A DNA stretch of 64,000 nucleotides from an uncultured cyanobacterium (GCA_963765575.1 CAVXWZ010000011.1:672001-736000), one strand, 5' to 3'. Positions 19,018-29,900 are shown, counted from the stretch's first letter. Notes: generated by a model not told the origin, from the letters alone. A program made the numbers and translations.

Positions 19018-22000
19018 CGCCGCAGCTGGGCAGGGGTGCTGGCTGCCCCACCGGCCAGCAGGCGATCGAGGGCCAGCAAGCGCGGCAGGGGGGGCTGGTC
19101 AACGAACAGGCCCGGCGGCATCGGCCGGGGCAGGGTCGCCGGCCCGGCCGTGGTCTCCGGCGGCTCCGGCAGCCCCCGCAGAAACACATAGAGCGAGCCC
19201 CCCAGATGGCGTTCGGGGTCGTAGTCCGGCAGCCGCCAGCGCAGGTAGCGGTGCAGGGCCACCAGGTAGAGATGGGCCTGCAGGGGGTAGTGGTTGGCGG
19301 CCATCAGCGCTCCCAGCCGGGTGGGGTCGTAATGGCGAGGTCCGCAGTGGAGGGGCCTGCCGTCGCCATCGCGTTCCCCCAGCCAGTTGCTTTTCCAGTC
19401 CACCACCCACCAGCGCTCGCCGTGGCGCATCACCAGATCGATCGAGCCGGTGAGGAAGCCCTGGCTGTCCACCGGCAGCTCCGCCAGGGAGCGGGCATAG
19501 GCCCCATCCACCGACCCGCCGGGGTGGGCGGCGAACACCGCCGCCAGGCCCGCCGCCCGCACGGGGGCCAGGGGCAGATCGAAGTTCATCTCGTTGAGCC
19601 GCTCCCGCGGCCCCAGCTCGGCCAGGTGGAAGTGGCCCAGGGGGCCGCCGAGCGGCTGCCGCCGCAGGCGCTCCAGGCCCGCCAGCACCCCCGGGAGGTG
19701 CTCGTTGCCAATCCCGGCGCGGCGCAGCTCGGCAGCGCAGAGCGGCTGCTGCCCAGCCAGGGGCAGGCGGAAGTCCAGCCGCTCGAGGATGCGGTGCAGG
19801 CAATCCCCCGCCTGGGATCCGCGGGGGAAGCGCCCCAGCGGTCCGTCCTCGGGCCAGGGCTCGCCGCCGGCTGGCCGCCCTCCTGCCTGCACCAGCGGTT
19901 CCACGGTCACGGCGTCGGTTTCGCGGCCTTCCTCCAGTGCCACTGGCCCACTGCCGCTGCTGCCGTGGGTCCAGCTGGAGTAGCTGCTGCGTCCCCAGGT
20001 GCGATCAAAGCTGCGCTCCGGCACCGGCCCCGTGCTGAGTTTCGCCGCCGCCGCCGGGCTGACCGACTCCGCCTGGATGGGCGCTTTGGCTCCGGGGGGG
20101 TGCAGCAGCTGCAGGGGCAGCTCGCGCGCCGCCAGCTCCTGCTCCAGCAGGGCGAGCCAGTCGCCGTCGCTGCGGTGGCCATGGGGATCGTGGTCTGGAT
20201 CGGGCAACGCCTCGGCGCTGAACAGCCAGGGGTGCAGGGGGTTGCCCTGCTGGCCGGCGGCGGGCCCCCAGGCCAGCACCAGCCGCCGCTTGGCCCGGGT
20301 GACGGCCACGTAGGCGAGCCGCTCCAGCTCCGCCAGCTCGTCGAGGAGCTGCTGGCGGCGGGCCGCCCAGCCGGCCCCCCAGTGGCCGTTGCCGTGCAGA
20401 TCCAGCACCGCCCCGCCTGAACCGGGCGGATGCCAGCGCACGCCCGGGGTGCCCCCGGCCGCCCGGTTGCCCCGTGCCCCCTGCCACAGATAGGGACAGA
20501 TCACCACCGGGTATTCCAGACCCTTGCTGCGGTGCACCGTCATCACCGAGACCGCCGCATCCGCCACATCGCTGCGGGGCTGGTGGGCTTCCGGCACCAG
20601 CCGCCCCTCCTCCAGCCGCTGGCGGCGCAGCCAGTCGGCTGCCGCCGCCGCCCCGAGCTGGCCGGCGTGCAGGCGCTCCTGCACCAGCTCGGCGCATTGC
20701 AACAGATCCGCCAGCAACCTGCCCCCCAGCGAGAGGCGGGCGATGCCCCCCTCCTCCGCCAGGCCACCCACCACCGCCAGCAGACCGCGCTGGTTCAGGT
20801 GCTCCGCCAGTTCGGCCAGCCGTCCGGCCAGCTCACTCCAGGTCTGGACGCCGGCCGCGGCGATCCGGCCGGCACTCCAGCCCAGCAGCGGCGAGGCGGC
20901 CAGCAGCCGCAGCCGGTTGCTGTCGGCGGGAGCGGCGAGGGCATCGAGCAGCCGCTGCAGGGCGGTGGCGGCAGGACTCTCGAACACATCGCCGTGGCTC
21001 ACCAGCCGGCTGGCCAGGCCCAGGCCCTCCAGGGCCTGGCGCTGGGCTTCCGCCTGGCTGTGGCTGCTCACCAGCACGCACACATCCGCCGGGCTGAGCC
21101 CTTGCGGACGGCCTTGCTGCAGCAGGGCGGCGGTGCGGGCGGCGATGGCTGCCGGCAGCTGCCGCTCCAGGGTGGAGCGGCTGGGCAACTTTTGCCCCGC
21201 CAGCCGCTGCTGCCCCAGCCACAGCAGCTCCACTGCCAGCCCATCGCCGAACAGATCCAGGGGCGCCGTGGCGGCCCTGGCCCGCACCGCCGGCACCGCC
21301 AGGTCGGAGCGGCGCAGCCCCGGGGCCATCAGTCCGTTGAGGCCCGCAACCAGGGGCTCCGCCGAGCGGTGGTTGTCCCCCAGCATCCAGATGCCATCGC
21401 CGGCGGCGGCGGTGGCCCGGGCCTGGAGATAGGTGCTGAGCTCGCCGCCGCGGAAGCGGTAGATGGCCTGCTTGGGATCGCCCACCAGCACCACGCGGTG
21501 CAGATCGGCTCGAAAGGCGCGCGAGAGGATCCGCCACTGGATCGGATCGGTGTCCTGGAACTCATCGATCAGGGCTGCGCCGTAGCGCTGCCCCACCGCC
21601 TCCAGCAGCGGTGTGCTCTGGTGCTCGCCGGGATCGAGTCCCTCCAGCAACTGGGCGAAGCCCAGCCGGCCGCTGCGACGGCGGCGGCGATCGAGCTCGG
21701 CCCGTCCCCAGTGGGCGGCATGGAGCAGCAGCCGCTCGGCCGGACCATCGACCACGGCGGCGATGGCCTCCAGCAGCGGCCGTTGGGGCAGGGAGGGCTC
21801 GGTGCTGGGTTGGCCGGCTTCAGCCGCAGCGCTGGCCTCGATCGGACGGGCCACCTTCAGGAAGGCGCCCGGGTGGAAGTAGCTGTGCAGCAGCTCAGCG
21901 CCGCCTGCGGCGGCCATCAGGGCGCCGTAGTCCCCTTGCGGCCCCTGGTCAGCCAGCCAGCGGGTCACGTCCCCCACCCGATCCCTGCGGGCCCCGGGGC

Positions 22001-22787
22001 TGTAGGGGGTGGTTTTTGAGAACCCGAGCGTGCGCCAGTGGCCGGCGGTGGCGCGGAACTCAGCCTCCAGATCCGCGGCCCGTTGCGGCCAGAGCTCCAG
22101 AACCTGCTGCCAGTCGTGATGCCAGCACCACGCGAGCTGGGGCGCCAGGGGCTCCTCGAGCGTCAAGCCCTCGGGCAGGGGGTCGAGCTGCAGGGCCGGA
22201 TCGTCGTCCAGCTTCCGCAGCAGCGCCGCCAGGGCTTGCGGCCCTTGCACACGGCGCTGCAGCCCGCCCAGCAGCCGGGGCGGCAGGGGCAGCACCTGCT
22301 GCCGCCAGTAGTCGTGGGCGATCTGTTCGGCGAGCACGCTGCCGTCGCGGTCCAGCTCCAGCCCCGGTGCCTGGCCGGCCTCCAGGGCCTGGCGTTGCAG
22401 GGTGCGACGGCAGAAGCCGTGGATGGTGGTGATGTCGGCGGCGTCGAGCTCCTCCAGGGCCAGCAGCAGCCGCGCCCGCAGGCCGGCGGCCCTGGGCCGC
22501 ATCCGCTCCAGCCACTCCGCCAGGGTGGAGTCGGGCGCGGGCGCCTGTGGGTCCTCGAGGCAGGCCAGGGCCGCCTGCAGCCGCCGGCCGATGCGGTCGC
22601 GCAGTTCCGCCGCCGCCGCATCGGTGAAGGTCACCACCAGCAGCTGGCGCAGGCTGAGGTCTGTTTCGCTGAGCAGGCGCAGCACCAGCTGGGCGAGGGC
22701 GAAGGTCTTGCCCGTGCCGGCGCTGGCCTCCAGCAGGCGCAGCCCCGGCTCGAGGGGAAAGCTGTCGGCGGCGAAGATCCGGCTCAT
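19014..22787 (-). CDS. recB: exodeoxyribonuclease V beta subunit
   Basis: EASAGTGKT, IDEFQDTD, GDPKQAIYRFRG, TVHRSKGLE and nuclease GSIDLV...VDWKSN motifs. Confidence 0.95.
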   Translation of the reverse strand: MSRIFAADSFPLEPGLRLLEASAGTGKTFALAQLVLRLLSETDLSLRQLLVVTFTDAAAAELRDRIGRRLQAALACLEDPQAPAPDSTLAEWLERMRPRAAGLRARLLLALEELDAADITTIHGFCRRTLQRQALEAGQAPGLELDRDGSVLAEQIAHDYWRQQVLPLPPRLLGGLQRRVQGPQALAALLRKLDDDPALQLDPLPEGLTLEEPLAPQLAWCWHHDWQQVLELWPQRAADLEAEFRATAGHWRTLGFSKTTPYSPGARRDRVGDVTRWLADQGPQGDYGALMAAAGGAELLHSYFHPGAFLKVARPIEASAAAEAGQPSTEPSLPQRPLLEAIAAVVDGPAERLLLHAAHWGRAELDRRRRRSGRLGFAQLLEGLDPGEHQSTPLLEAVGQRYGAALIDEFQDTDPIQWRILSRAFRADLHRVVLVGDPKQAIYRFRGGELSTYLQARATAAAGDGIWMLGDNHRSAEPLVAGLNGLMAPGLRRSDLAVPAVRARAATAPLDLFGDGLAVELLWLGQQRLAGQKLPSRSTLERQLPAAIAARTAALLQQGRPQGLSPADVCVLVSSHSQAEAQRQALEGLGLASRLVSHGDVFESPAATALQRLLDALAAPADSNRLRLLAASPLLGWSAGRIAAAGVQTWSELAGRLAELAEHLNQRGLLAVVGGLAEEGGIARLSLGGRLLADLLQCAELVQERLHAGQLGAAAAADWLRRQRLEEGRLVPEAHQPRSDVADAAVSVMTVHRSKGLEYPVVICPYLWQGARGNRAAGGTPGVRWHPPGSGGAVLDLHGNGHWGAGWAARRQQLLDELAELERLAYVAVTRAKRRLVLAWGPAAGQQGNPLHPWLFSAEALPDPDHDPHGHRSDGDWLALLEQELAARELPLQLLHPPGAKAPIQAESVSPAAAAKLSTGPVPERSFDRTWGRSSYSSWTHGSSGSGPVALEEGRETDAVTVEPLVQAGGRPAGGEPWPEDGPLGRFPRGSQAGDCLHRILERLDFRLPLAGQQPLCAAELRRAGIGNEHLPGVLAGLERLRRQPLGGPLGHFHLAELGPRERLNEMNFDLPLAPVRAAGLAAVFAAHPGGSVDGAYARSLAELPVDSQGFLTGSIDLVMRHGERWWVVDWKSNWLGERDGDGRPLHCGPRHYDPTRLGALMAANHYPLQAHLYLVALHRYLRWRLPDYDPERHLGGSLYVFLRGLPEPPETTAGPATLPRPMPPGLFVDQPPLPRLLALDRLLAGGAASTPAQLRR

Positions 22788-25700
22788 GCCAGCCGCTCCA
22801 GCAGGGGGCCCAGCAGCTCGATGGCGCGCTCGGTGAAGGGCGGCTGCAGCAGCTCGGCGGCCGGCAGGGCGGCGCCGAAACAGAGGGACTGCTCGGCCTG
22901 CCGCCGCTCGCCGGGCCGGCCCACACCCCCCTCCCAGACTTCAGCGGCCTGGGCCGGCCCCTGGTGCAGCAGGGCCCAGCCGGTCTCCGGCGGCACCGGC
23001 CAGCAGCGCCGCCGCCACTGCTCCCGCAGTGCCGCCAGCCGTTTCAGTTCCCGGCGGGCGTCGTCGCTGTCCAGTGGTTGGAGCTGCAGTCGCACCTCGA
23101 AGCTGCTCTGGCCCCGCGCCACCAGCAGACCCTGGCCAGGCTTGGTGCCGGCAGCACAGGCCAGCAGCAACTGCAGCCAGAGGTCAAGGCGGTGGCGGCA
23201 GCGGTCGCGGGCGGTGTGGATCAGCAGCAGGTGCTCACCCCGCCAGTGCAGGCGCTGGCTCCAGCCATCCCAGCTCAGCTCCTGCTGGCGTTCAGCCCCG
23301 AGGGGATCGAGGGCGGCCTGCAGATCCCGCCAGCGCTGGGCCAGCAGCTCCGCCTCCAGTTCCCCCGCCGCCAGGGGCGGCAGCAGGCCCCGGCCCTGCT
23401 CGCGCACCAGCCAGTGGCCGGCCCTGGCCGGCCCCCCGTCCGCGCCCAGCTCGGGGTCCGCCAGGGTCTGGCGCAGCAACGCGGCCCGCTGGCGCTCCTC
23501 CAGGCAGAGGGCGCCGAGGTCGTCGATCGTGTCGGCCCACTCGCCGGGCCGCAGGCCCAGCTCTCGCAACCACTGGCGTTGGGGGGCCATCAGCCAGTCG
23601 CGCAGGTCGATGCCGGGATCGGCCCCGGGCTCAAGAGCGGCGGGATCGAGGGGTTCGGGAGGCTCGCTGGCGGCCAGGGGCAGCGGCCGCTGCAGCGCTG
23701 CATCGCCCTCCAGCAGGCGACGGGCCAGCAGCAGACGGCGGTCGCAGCTGGCCGCAGGGCGCTCCGGGCCGGGCAGGAAGTTGCCCCGCTCCAGGGGATT
23801 GGCGGGGTGCTCCACCACCAGGCCGCTGGTGTCGCCGAGCTGCTGGGCCAGCCAGTCCAGCCATTGCCGCACCGGTGGGGAGGGCGGCAGGCTCTCGCCC
23901 TTGCGTTCGTCCCGGCTGCTCCAGGTGATCAGCAGGTGGTCGCGGGCCGACAGCAGGGCCTCCAGGAGCACGTAGCGGTCCTGGTCGGCGGGGTTGGGAT
24001 CCCCCAGCCGGCGCTGCCGCTCCAGCAGATGGAAGCCGGGCCTGAAGCGCTGGCGCGGGAACACGCCCTCATCCAGCCCCATCAGCACGATCACCCGGTG
24101 GGGGATGGCCCGCATCGGCTCCAGGGCACTGATCGTGAGCGCGCCGCTGCGGTGGCCGAAGCGCCCCGCATCGGCCGAGAGCCGTTCCTCCAGCACCGCC
24201 GTGAGCACGGCGGCCTCCAGCTCCAGCCCGCAGTCGGCGGCGGCCTGCTCGGCATCGTCGATGGCCGCCAGCAGCACCGGTAGCTCCCAGGCCGCTTCGC
24301 CGCCGTCGCCGAACAGATCGGCCAGCAGCTCGCGCAGGGTGCCGGCCCAGGCCGCCATCGGGCGCGGTTGCCGCAGCTCCGTCAGCCAGTGCCGCAGCCG
24401 GCCGAGCAGAAGCAACCAGCGGCCCACCAGTTCCAGGTCGTGGCCGCTGGCCAGGGGGGCCGTGGCGGCCGGTGCCAGCCCCGGCGCCTCGGGCAGCACC
24501 AGTCCCAGCAACAACCGATCGATCGCCCAGGCCAGGCTGCCCTCCCGGCGGCCTCCCCGCTCCTGGCCATCCAGGCCCCAGTGGAAGCCAGCCCGCTGCA
24601 GCAGCCGATGCAGCTCCGCCACATCCTCGGGCCTGAGCTGGACATGCTCCTGCAGCGGACGGCTCTCCAGCAGGTCTTCCAGGCCGGAGGCGGTGAGCCG
24701 TTCCCCCGCCAGCCGCAGCAGCGCCACCAGGCTGCGGCCGATGCCGGCCTCGCTCTGCTGGCTGCGGTCGGTGAGTCGCCAGGCCAGGCTGACGCCGGTG
24801 GCCTCCCGGTCGCCGAACACCGAGGCCAGCAGTGGCGCGAAGCGGTCCACCTGGGGGGTCATCACCAGCACGTCGCGGGGCTCGAGCGAGGAGTCGTCCG
24901 CCAACAGCTGCAGCACCCGGTCGCGCACGATCTCCACCTGGCGCAGCCGCCCCGGGCAGGGGTGGAACTCCAGCGAGCTGTCACCCCGCGCGCGCAGCAG
25001 CGGTGGGTCCGGCCCAGCCGTGCCGGGTCCATCCCAGCCCGCCTGGGCGAGCTGGCGCTGCAGCTGATGCAGCAGGGGTGCGGGCCCCGGCCCGGGGTGG
25101 GCGGCGGTGGGATCGCCGAACAGGTCGCGCTCCTGCCACTGGCCCTGGGCAACCCCGCCGCTGCCCTCCAGGAGCTGTTGAAATTCACCCCCCAGCCGGC
25201 CGAAGCGCGCCTCCAGCCCCGGGCACTCGATCAGCCAGTCGCCCTCGATTGGCTGCTGCAGGGCGATGGCATCGCTGAGGGCTCTCCGCCGGTCGCCGCA
25301 GCGCCGCCACAGCTCGGCCCCGGGGGTGAGCAGGAACAGATCCACGGGGATGTGGACACTGAGGGCCCGCAGCAGCCGCACCTGCACCGGGGCCAGGCTG
25401 CTCAACCCGAACAGGCGCAGCACTGCCGGCAGGCTGCCCGGGGGTGGAGGCCCGTTGTCCAGCCGCTGGATCGCCTCCAGCACCCGCAGCCCGAAGGGTT
25501 TCACGCCCAGCCGCCGGGCCAGCAGCTGCACCAGCAGGGGCTGCCAGGCCGGCGCTGCAGCCCCCGCCGGTTCCGTTGCAACGCCCTGCCACCAGGCGGT
25601 CAGCAGTTCGGGGCGGTAGAGGGCGTAGTCGTCGATGGCATCGGCGATGGCCCGCCCCAGCTGCCAGCGGGCCAGCTCCAGGTGTTGGCCCCCGGGCCCG

Positions 25701-26074
25701 CCGCGCTGGCGCAACCACAGGCGCAGCGGTTCGCCTGCGGGCTCCCGCTCCAGCTCGGGCAACAGCTCCAGCACCGGCCATACCAGCTCAGCGGCACGCC
25801 AGGGATCCCGCCCATTGCCGCCCTCTCCCAAGCCGCCCTCTCCCAGCACCCCATCCACCACCCGGCGCAGCAGGGTTCCGGGGAAGGGGAAACGGATGTG
25901 GGCGGCGACTCCGCCCAGCTCCACGGCCAGCTGTTCCCCCAGCCAGCGGCTGGTGGGCCAGGTGTTGACCACCACCTCCACCAGCTCGAACGGGGCCGGG
26001 GGATGGCTGTGCAGCTGGGCGGCCAGCACCTCGGCCAGCCACTCGGCGCGGTTGCTGCGGAAGACGGTCAGCAA
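22784..26074 (-). CDS. recC: exodeoxyribonuclease V gamma subunit
   Basis: LTVFRSNRAE start, RQVEIVRD, LEPMRAIPHRVI, DRYVLLEALLSAR; overlaps recB. Confidence 0.93.
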   Translation of the reverse strand: MLTVFRSNRAEWLAEVLAAQLHSHPPAPFELVEVVVNTWPTSRWLGEQLAVELGGVAAHIRFPFPGTLLRRVVDGVLGEGGLGEGGNGRDPWRAAELVWPVLELLPELEREPAGEPLRLWLRQRGGPGGQHLELARWQLGRAIADAIDDYALYRPELLTAWWQGVATEPAGAAAPAWQPLLVQLLARRLGVKPFGLRVLEAIQRLDNGPPPPGSLPAVLRLFGLSSLAPVQVRLLRALSVHIPVDLFLLTPGAELWRRCGDRRRALSDAIALQQPIEGDWLIECPGLEARFGRLGGEFQQLLEGSGGVAQGQWQERDLFGDPTAAHPGPGPAPLLHQLQRQLAQAGWDGPGTAGPDPPLLRARGDSSLEFHPCPGRLRQVEIVRDRVLQLLADDSSLEPRDVLVMTPQVDRFAPLLASVFGDREATGVSLAWRLTDRSQQSEAGIGRSLVALLRLAGERLTASGLEDLLESRPLQEHVQLRPEDVAELHRLLQRAGFHWGLDGQERGGRREGSLAWAIDRLLLGLVLPEAPGLAPAATAPLASGHDLELVGRWLLLLGRLRHWLTELRQPRPMAAWAGTLRELLADLFGDGGEAAWELPVLLAAIDDAEQAAADCGLELEAAVLTAVLEERLSADAGRFGHRSGALTISALEPMRAIPHRVIVLMGLDEGVFPRQRFRPGFHLLERQRRLGDPNPADQDRYVLLEALLSARDHLLITWSSRDERKGESLPPSPPVRQWLDWLAQQLGDTSGLVVEHPANPLERGNFLPGPERPAASCDRRLLLARRLLEGDAALQRPLPLAASEPPEPLDPAALEPGADPGIDLRDWLMAPQRQWLRELGLRPGEWADTIDDLGALCLEERQRAALLRQTLADPELGADGGPARAGHWLVREQGRGLLPPLAAGELEAELLAQRWRDLQAALDPLGAERQQELSWDGWSQRLHWRGEHLLLIHTARDRCRHRLDLWLQLLLACAAGTKPGQGLLVARGQSSFEVRLQLQPLDSDDARRELKRLAALREQWRRRCWPVPPETGWALLHQGPAQAAEVWEGGVGRPGERRQAEQSLCFGAALPAAELLQPPFTERAIELLGPLLERLA

Positions 26075-26086
26075 GGACGGCTCCGC

Positions 26087-26785
26087 TCAGCCCTGGCAGC
26101 GCTGCAGTCGGCGGCGGGCAGGGATCGCCGCCAGCTGCGCGCGCATGGCCGGCGGCAGTGCCGGGGGCAGCAGGGGGTGCTGGCCCGGCACCTGAACCAC
26201 CGCCCCGGTCTCTGGGCAGTAGGCGCTGAGCTCGCCGCCGTAGCAGGCGCCCGTGTCCACGATCACGATCTCGCCATGACGGCGGATACCAGGGCCGGGC
26301 GTGTGGCCCACCACCACCTGGCCGTAGCGGCCGTCGTAGGCGTGCCAGAAGGGGGAGCGGATGCGCAGGTCGGGCTGCCAGTGGTGGGGATCGAAACCGG
26401 CATGGGTGGCGACCCAGCCCCGGCCCCCATAGACGCTGGGCAGGCTCTCGAGCCGCCTGCGCCAGAAGCGGCAGAGGCCACTGCCCAGCTGGCGCACGGT
26501 GTCGGATCCCGCCAGACGCTGGGCGCTGGCGGGATCCTCCCGGCCCAGATCGGCCGCCAGATCGGCCTCATGGTTGCCCTGCAGCCAGACAGCCCGGCCG
26601 CTGCGCACCAGCTGCCAGGCCAGCTCCATGGTGCGCTGGATCTGGGGGCCGCGGCTGATCACATCGCCGCAGAGCACGAGCCGGTCGTCGGCAGGCAGAC
26701 GCCCCAGCAGCTGCTCCAGGGAATCGGCGCAACCATGCACGTCGCCCACGATCCAGTGATGGGCTGGCCTGGAGCAGGGCGGCAT
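26087..26785 (-). CDS. calcineurin-like metallophosphoesterase (PPP/ApaH-like)
   Basis: GDVHG, GDVISRGP, GNHE, HAG, GHTP and DTGA motifs. Confidence 0.88.
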   Translation of the reverse strand: MPPCSRPAHHWIVGDVHGCADSLEQLLGRLPADDRLVLCGDVISRGPQIQRTMELAWQLVRSGRAVWLQGNHEADLAADLGREDPASAQRLAGSDTVRQLGSGLCRFWRRRLESLPSVYGGRGWVATHAGFDPHHWQPDLRIRSPFWHAYDGRYGQVVVGHTPGPGIRRHGEIVIVDTGACYGGELSAYCPETGAVVQVPGQHPLLPPALPPAMRAQLAAIPARRRLQRCQG

Positions 26786-26892
26786 CAAACGTTGGCATTG
26801 CTGCCAGTCTGCGCCTTTGCGCTGCATCTGTCACCAGCCCAGCGAGGGCCGGTGGTTGGTACGGTCAGCCCCTGGCCCCGGCGGAGGCGGTG

Positions 26893-27255
26893 ATGGATCT
26901 GCGGTCAATGTCGGTGGTGCAGCGGGTCAAAGCGCTGGTGCAGGCCCTCAACGGCGCCCGCCGCACCAACGAAGCCCTGGCCCGCTGCAGCGACGGCGAG
27001 CAGATGCTCGATGTGCTGCTCGACGCCTCCGCCAAGCTCGGCCTTGGCCTCAGCCGCGAGCAGCTGGCGGACACGCCGCCGATCCGCGACTGGGTCTGGT
27101 GGAAGAACAAGGAGGCCCTGCTCACGATCGGCGATAACAAGCCCCGCTATCAGCAGGACGGTGGCCAGGGCCGTGCCAGCCAGCTGAGCGAGGGCAAGGG
27201 CGAAGACGAGGCCGAGGGGGACAAGCCGCGGCGACGCTTCCTGGGGTTGTTCTAG
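26893..27255 (+). CDS. hypothetical protein
   Basis: 120-aa ORF, strong coding bias, TPPIRDWVWWK segment, C-terminal RRRFLGLF. Confidence 0.75.
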   Translation: MDLRSMSVVQRVKALVQALNGARRTNEALARCSDGEQMLDVLLDASAKLGLGLSREQLADTPPIRDWVWWKNKEALLTIGDNKPRYQQDGGQGRASQLSEGKGEDEAEGDKPRRRFLGLF

Positions 27256-27264
27256 GGGCCGCTG

Positions 27265-27585
27265 TCAGGCAGCGCCGGCCAGGGCATCGGGAATGGCGGC
27301 GCTGGGGGCTTCGAACTGGCCCTTGAGCACGAACTCCAGCCGCAGCTTCAGAAACGTGATGAAGGTCTCATCGGTGGACACCACCGCCGCCGCCGGCCGG
27401 GGCACGTTGCTGCCGCTGCCCCCCAGCTCGGCGCTGTCCAGGAACGCCGGGCGGCGCACCAGCCAGAAATCGATCTCCTTGCCCTGCTCGCCGTAGTGGC
27501 GCACGCGTTCGCGCAGCACCTCCTCCAGGGGTTCCTCCTCGATCAGGAAGCGTTCACTGGCGGCGACGAAGTGGTAGAGGCTCAT
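27265..27585 (-). CDS. ycf54: Ycf54, Mg-protoporphyrin monomethyl ester cyclase auxiliary protein
   Basis: [27 protein letters not shown] and [12 protein letters not shown] motifs. Confidence 0.92.
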   Translation of the reverse strand: MSLYHFVAASERFLIEEEPLEEVLRERVRHYGEQGKEIDFWLVRRPAFLDSAELGGSGSNVPRPAAAVVSTDETFITFLKLRLEFVLKGQFEAPSAAIPDALAGAA

Positions 27586-28331
27586 GGCTGATGGCTGCCG
27601 AACAGGGGGTCGCGGCGGGGATTCTGAACCAGCGCCCGCATCTCCCGCACCGCCTGCTCCAGCCCCACGGCCAGGGCCCGGGCCACGATCGTGTGGCCGA
27701 TGTTGAGCTCTTCCATGCCCTCGATCGCCGCCACCGGCTCCACGTTCTGATAGGTGAGCCCGTGGCCGGCGTTGACCCGCAGCCCGAGGCTGCGGGCGAT
27801 GAAGCTGCCCTCCTGCAACCGGGCCAGCGCGGCGGGTTGCTCCGCCCAGCCGGCCTCGGCGTAGCCGCCGGTGTGCAGCTCCACCCAGCGGGCGCCGGTG
27901 GCGGCTGAGGCCTCCAGCTGGTGCGTGTCGGCATCCACGAACAGGCTCACGGCGATGCCGGCGGCCTGCAGCCGCTCCACCAGGCCGCTGAGACTTCTCT
28001 GCTGGCCGGCCACATCCAGGCCGCCCTCGGTGGTCACCTCCTGGCGCTGCTCCGGCACCAGGGTGACCATGTCGGGGCCGAGGCGCAGGGCGATCGCCTC
28101 CATTTCGGCGGTGGCGGCCATCTCCAGGTTGAGGCGGCTGCGCAGGGTGCGGCGCAGCAACTCCACGTCGCGGTCCTGGATGTGGCGCCGGTCCTCGCGC
28201 AGATGCACGGTGATGCCGTCGGCACCGCCCAGCTCCGCCAGCAGGGCGTAGGTGACGGGATCGGGTTCCACCGTGAGCCGCGCCTGGCGCACGTTGGCGA
28301 TGTGGTCAATGTTGACGCCGAGGCTGGCCAT
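27582..28331 (-). CDS. pdxJ: pyridoxine 5'-phosphate synthase
   Basis: [27 protein letters not shown] and ELNIGH motifs. Confidence 0.96.
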   Translation of the reverse strand: MASLGVNIDHIANVRQARLTVEPDPVTYALLAELGGADGITVHLREDRRHIQDRDVELLRRTLRSRLNLEMAATAEMEAIALRLGPDMVTLVPEQRQEVTTEGGLDVAGQQRSLSGLVERLQAAGIAVSLFVDADTHQLEASAATGARWVELHTGGYAEAGWAEQPAALARLQEGSFIARSLGLRVNAGHGLTYQNVEPVAAIEGMEELNIGHTIVARALAVGLEQAVREMRALVQNPRRDPLFGSHQP

Positions 28332-28499
28332 CACGCCCGCAGCCAAACCCGGATCCTATGGAGGTCCGCCGCTGCGCCGGAGCGTCAACTGCACGCCCGC
28401 CGCCAGCGAGTCCCCAACCGCTCCCTAGCGTCTGGGCTGCAGGGTGGAGGGGAGTTGGCGGCCGCATCGACCCTCAGGTCCAGGAGTGGAGTGGCGCCG

Positions 28500-29198
28500 G
28501 TGAACAGCCGCATCAGCCCCTGGCTGAGCCCCATGGCGATGGTGCTCACCCAGGACGTCGCCCTGCCGTTGTGGTTCCGGCACATCACCGTGGAGGGCTT
28601 CGAGCGGCTGCCGCGCCAGGGGCCCCTGCTGCTGGCGCCCACCCACAAGGCCCGCTGGGATGGCCTGCTGTTGCCCCATGCCGCCGGGCGCCGGACCACC
28701 GGCCGCGATTGCCGCTTCATGGTCACCATCGATGAGATGGAAGGGCTGCAGGGTTGGTTCCTGGAGCGTCTGGGATGCTTTGCCGTCAACCAGCTGCGGC
28801 CGTCGCTGGCCTGCTTGCGGCATGCCGTGGAGCTGCTGGAGGCTGGGGAGCAGCTGGTGGTGTTCCCGGAGGGGCGCATCCGCCGCCACAGCGATGAACC
28901 GATGGACCTGCAGCAGGGCCTGGCCCGGCTGGCGGCCCTGGCCCTGGGTCGCGGCGTTCCCGTGCCGGTGGTGCCGGTCGGCATTGCCTACGGCCACCCC
29001 TGGCCCCGGCCCTGTGATCAGGCGGCGATCTGTTTCGGGGCGCCGATGCAGATCGAGGCCGTGGGCCGCGAGGCCGCCACTGCCTTCACCTGCCAGCTGG
29101 CCGAAGCGCTGCCGCCGCTGGAACGCCGCGCCGAGGCCTTGAGCGCCGCCGTCGCTCTGCCGCTGCCGTCCGGGGGCGCTGGAGAACAGGCCCCTTAG
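28500..29198 (+). CDS. lysophospholipid acyltransferase (PlsC-like)
   Basis: H-x4-D motif THKARWD, VVFPEG; probable GTG start at 28500. Confidence 0.87.
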   Translation: MNSRISPWLSPMAMVLTQDVALPLWFRHITVEGFERLPRQGPLLLAPTHKARWDGLLLPHAAGRRTTGRDCRFMVTIDEMEGLQGWFLERLGCFAVNQLRPSLACLRHAVELLEAGEQLVVFPEGRIRRHSDEPMDLQQGLARLAALALGRGVPVPVVPVGIAYGHPWPRPCDQAAICFGAPMQIEAVGREAATAFTCQLAEALPPLERRAEALSAAVALPLPSGGAGEQAP

Positions 29199-29228
29199 AG
29201 TTCGCCCGCTCCCCAGTCTCCGTGCGCC

Positions 29229-29900
29229 GTGCGTTGCTCTCCCCGCCGTCGAGGCGGTCCACTCCGCGGTCAGCTTCTCCGTGAGCTCCCCTGCCAGCTG
29301 TTCGCCCGGCTGGGCGGCGCTCAGCCCAGTCTGCCCGGGACACGTCTGCCGGGAACACAGCCCGCCAGCCGTGGCTGGGCTGTGCCCGTGATCGCCCTGG
29401 CCGCGCTGGCGATCGCCGCGCCCCTCGCCCTGCCGCCGCTGCAGGCCCAGGAGGCGCCCCGCGCTGAAGGGGCCGTCACCAACCCCCTCAGCCTGGCGAC
29501 GGTGCGCAGCCTGCTGGCCCGCGGTGATGCCGCCGCTGCCCGCGGCGATCTCGACGAGGCACGGCGGCTCTACGACCAGGCCCGCGACCTGTCGCGGCGG
29601 CTGCTGGGGTTCTACCGGGATCTCACCGGCGCGTTCCGGGGCCTCGATGCCCGCATCCCCCGCGAGATGGACCAGAAGGGGCGTGAAACCCTGCAGGTGC
29701 TGGCCCAGACCAACCTGCGCCTGGCGGCTCTCTTCCGCCGTCAGAACCAGCCCGAGGTGGCGGTACCGCTCCTGGTGGAGGTGGTGAAGGTGATGACGCC
29801 CGTCAGCGACGAGGGTCGCCAGGCCTACCAGACCCTGGTGGAGATCGGCTTCGCCAACACGCCCTTCACCGCCGGCCAGGCGATTTCGGGAGGGAGCTAG
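29229..29900 (+). CDS. TPR-like exported hypothetical protein
   Basis: Signal-like hydrophobic stretch then helical repeats (FRGLDARIPREMD); real start may be near 29382. Confidence 0.7.
   Translation: MRCSPRRRGGPLRGQLLRELPCQLFARLGGAQPSLPGTRLPGTQPASRGWAVPVIALAALAIAAPLALPPLQAQEAPRAEGAVTNPLSLATVRSLLARGDAAAARGDLDEARRLYDQARDLSRRLLGFYRDLTGAFRGLDARIPREMDQKGRETLQVLAQTNLRLAALFRRQNQPEVAVPLLVEVVKVMTPVSDEGRQAYQTLVEIGFANTPFTAGQAISGGS

Noticed and set aside
26893..27255. Nif11-like leader peptide / RiPP precursor
   Set aside because: Only a vague resemblance; no double-glycine cleavage motif with a Cys/Ser-rich core and no modifying enzymes nearby
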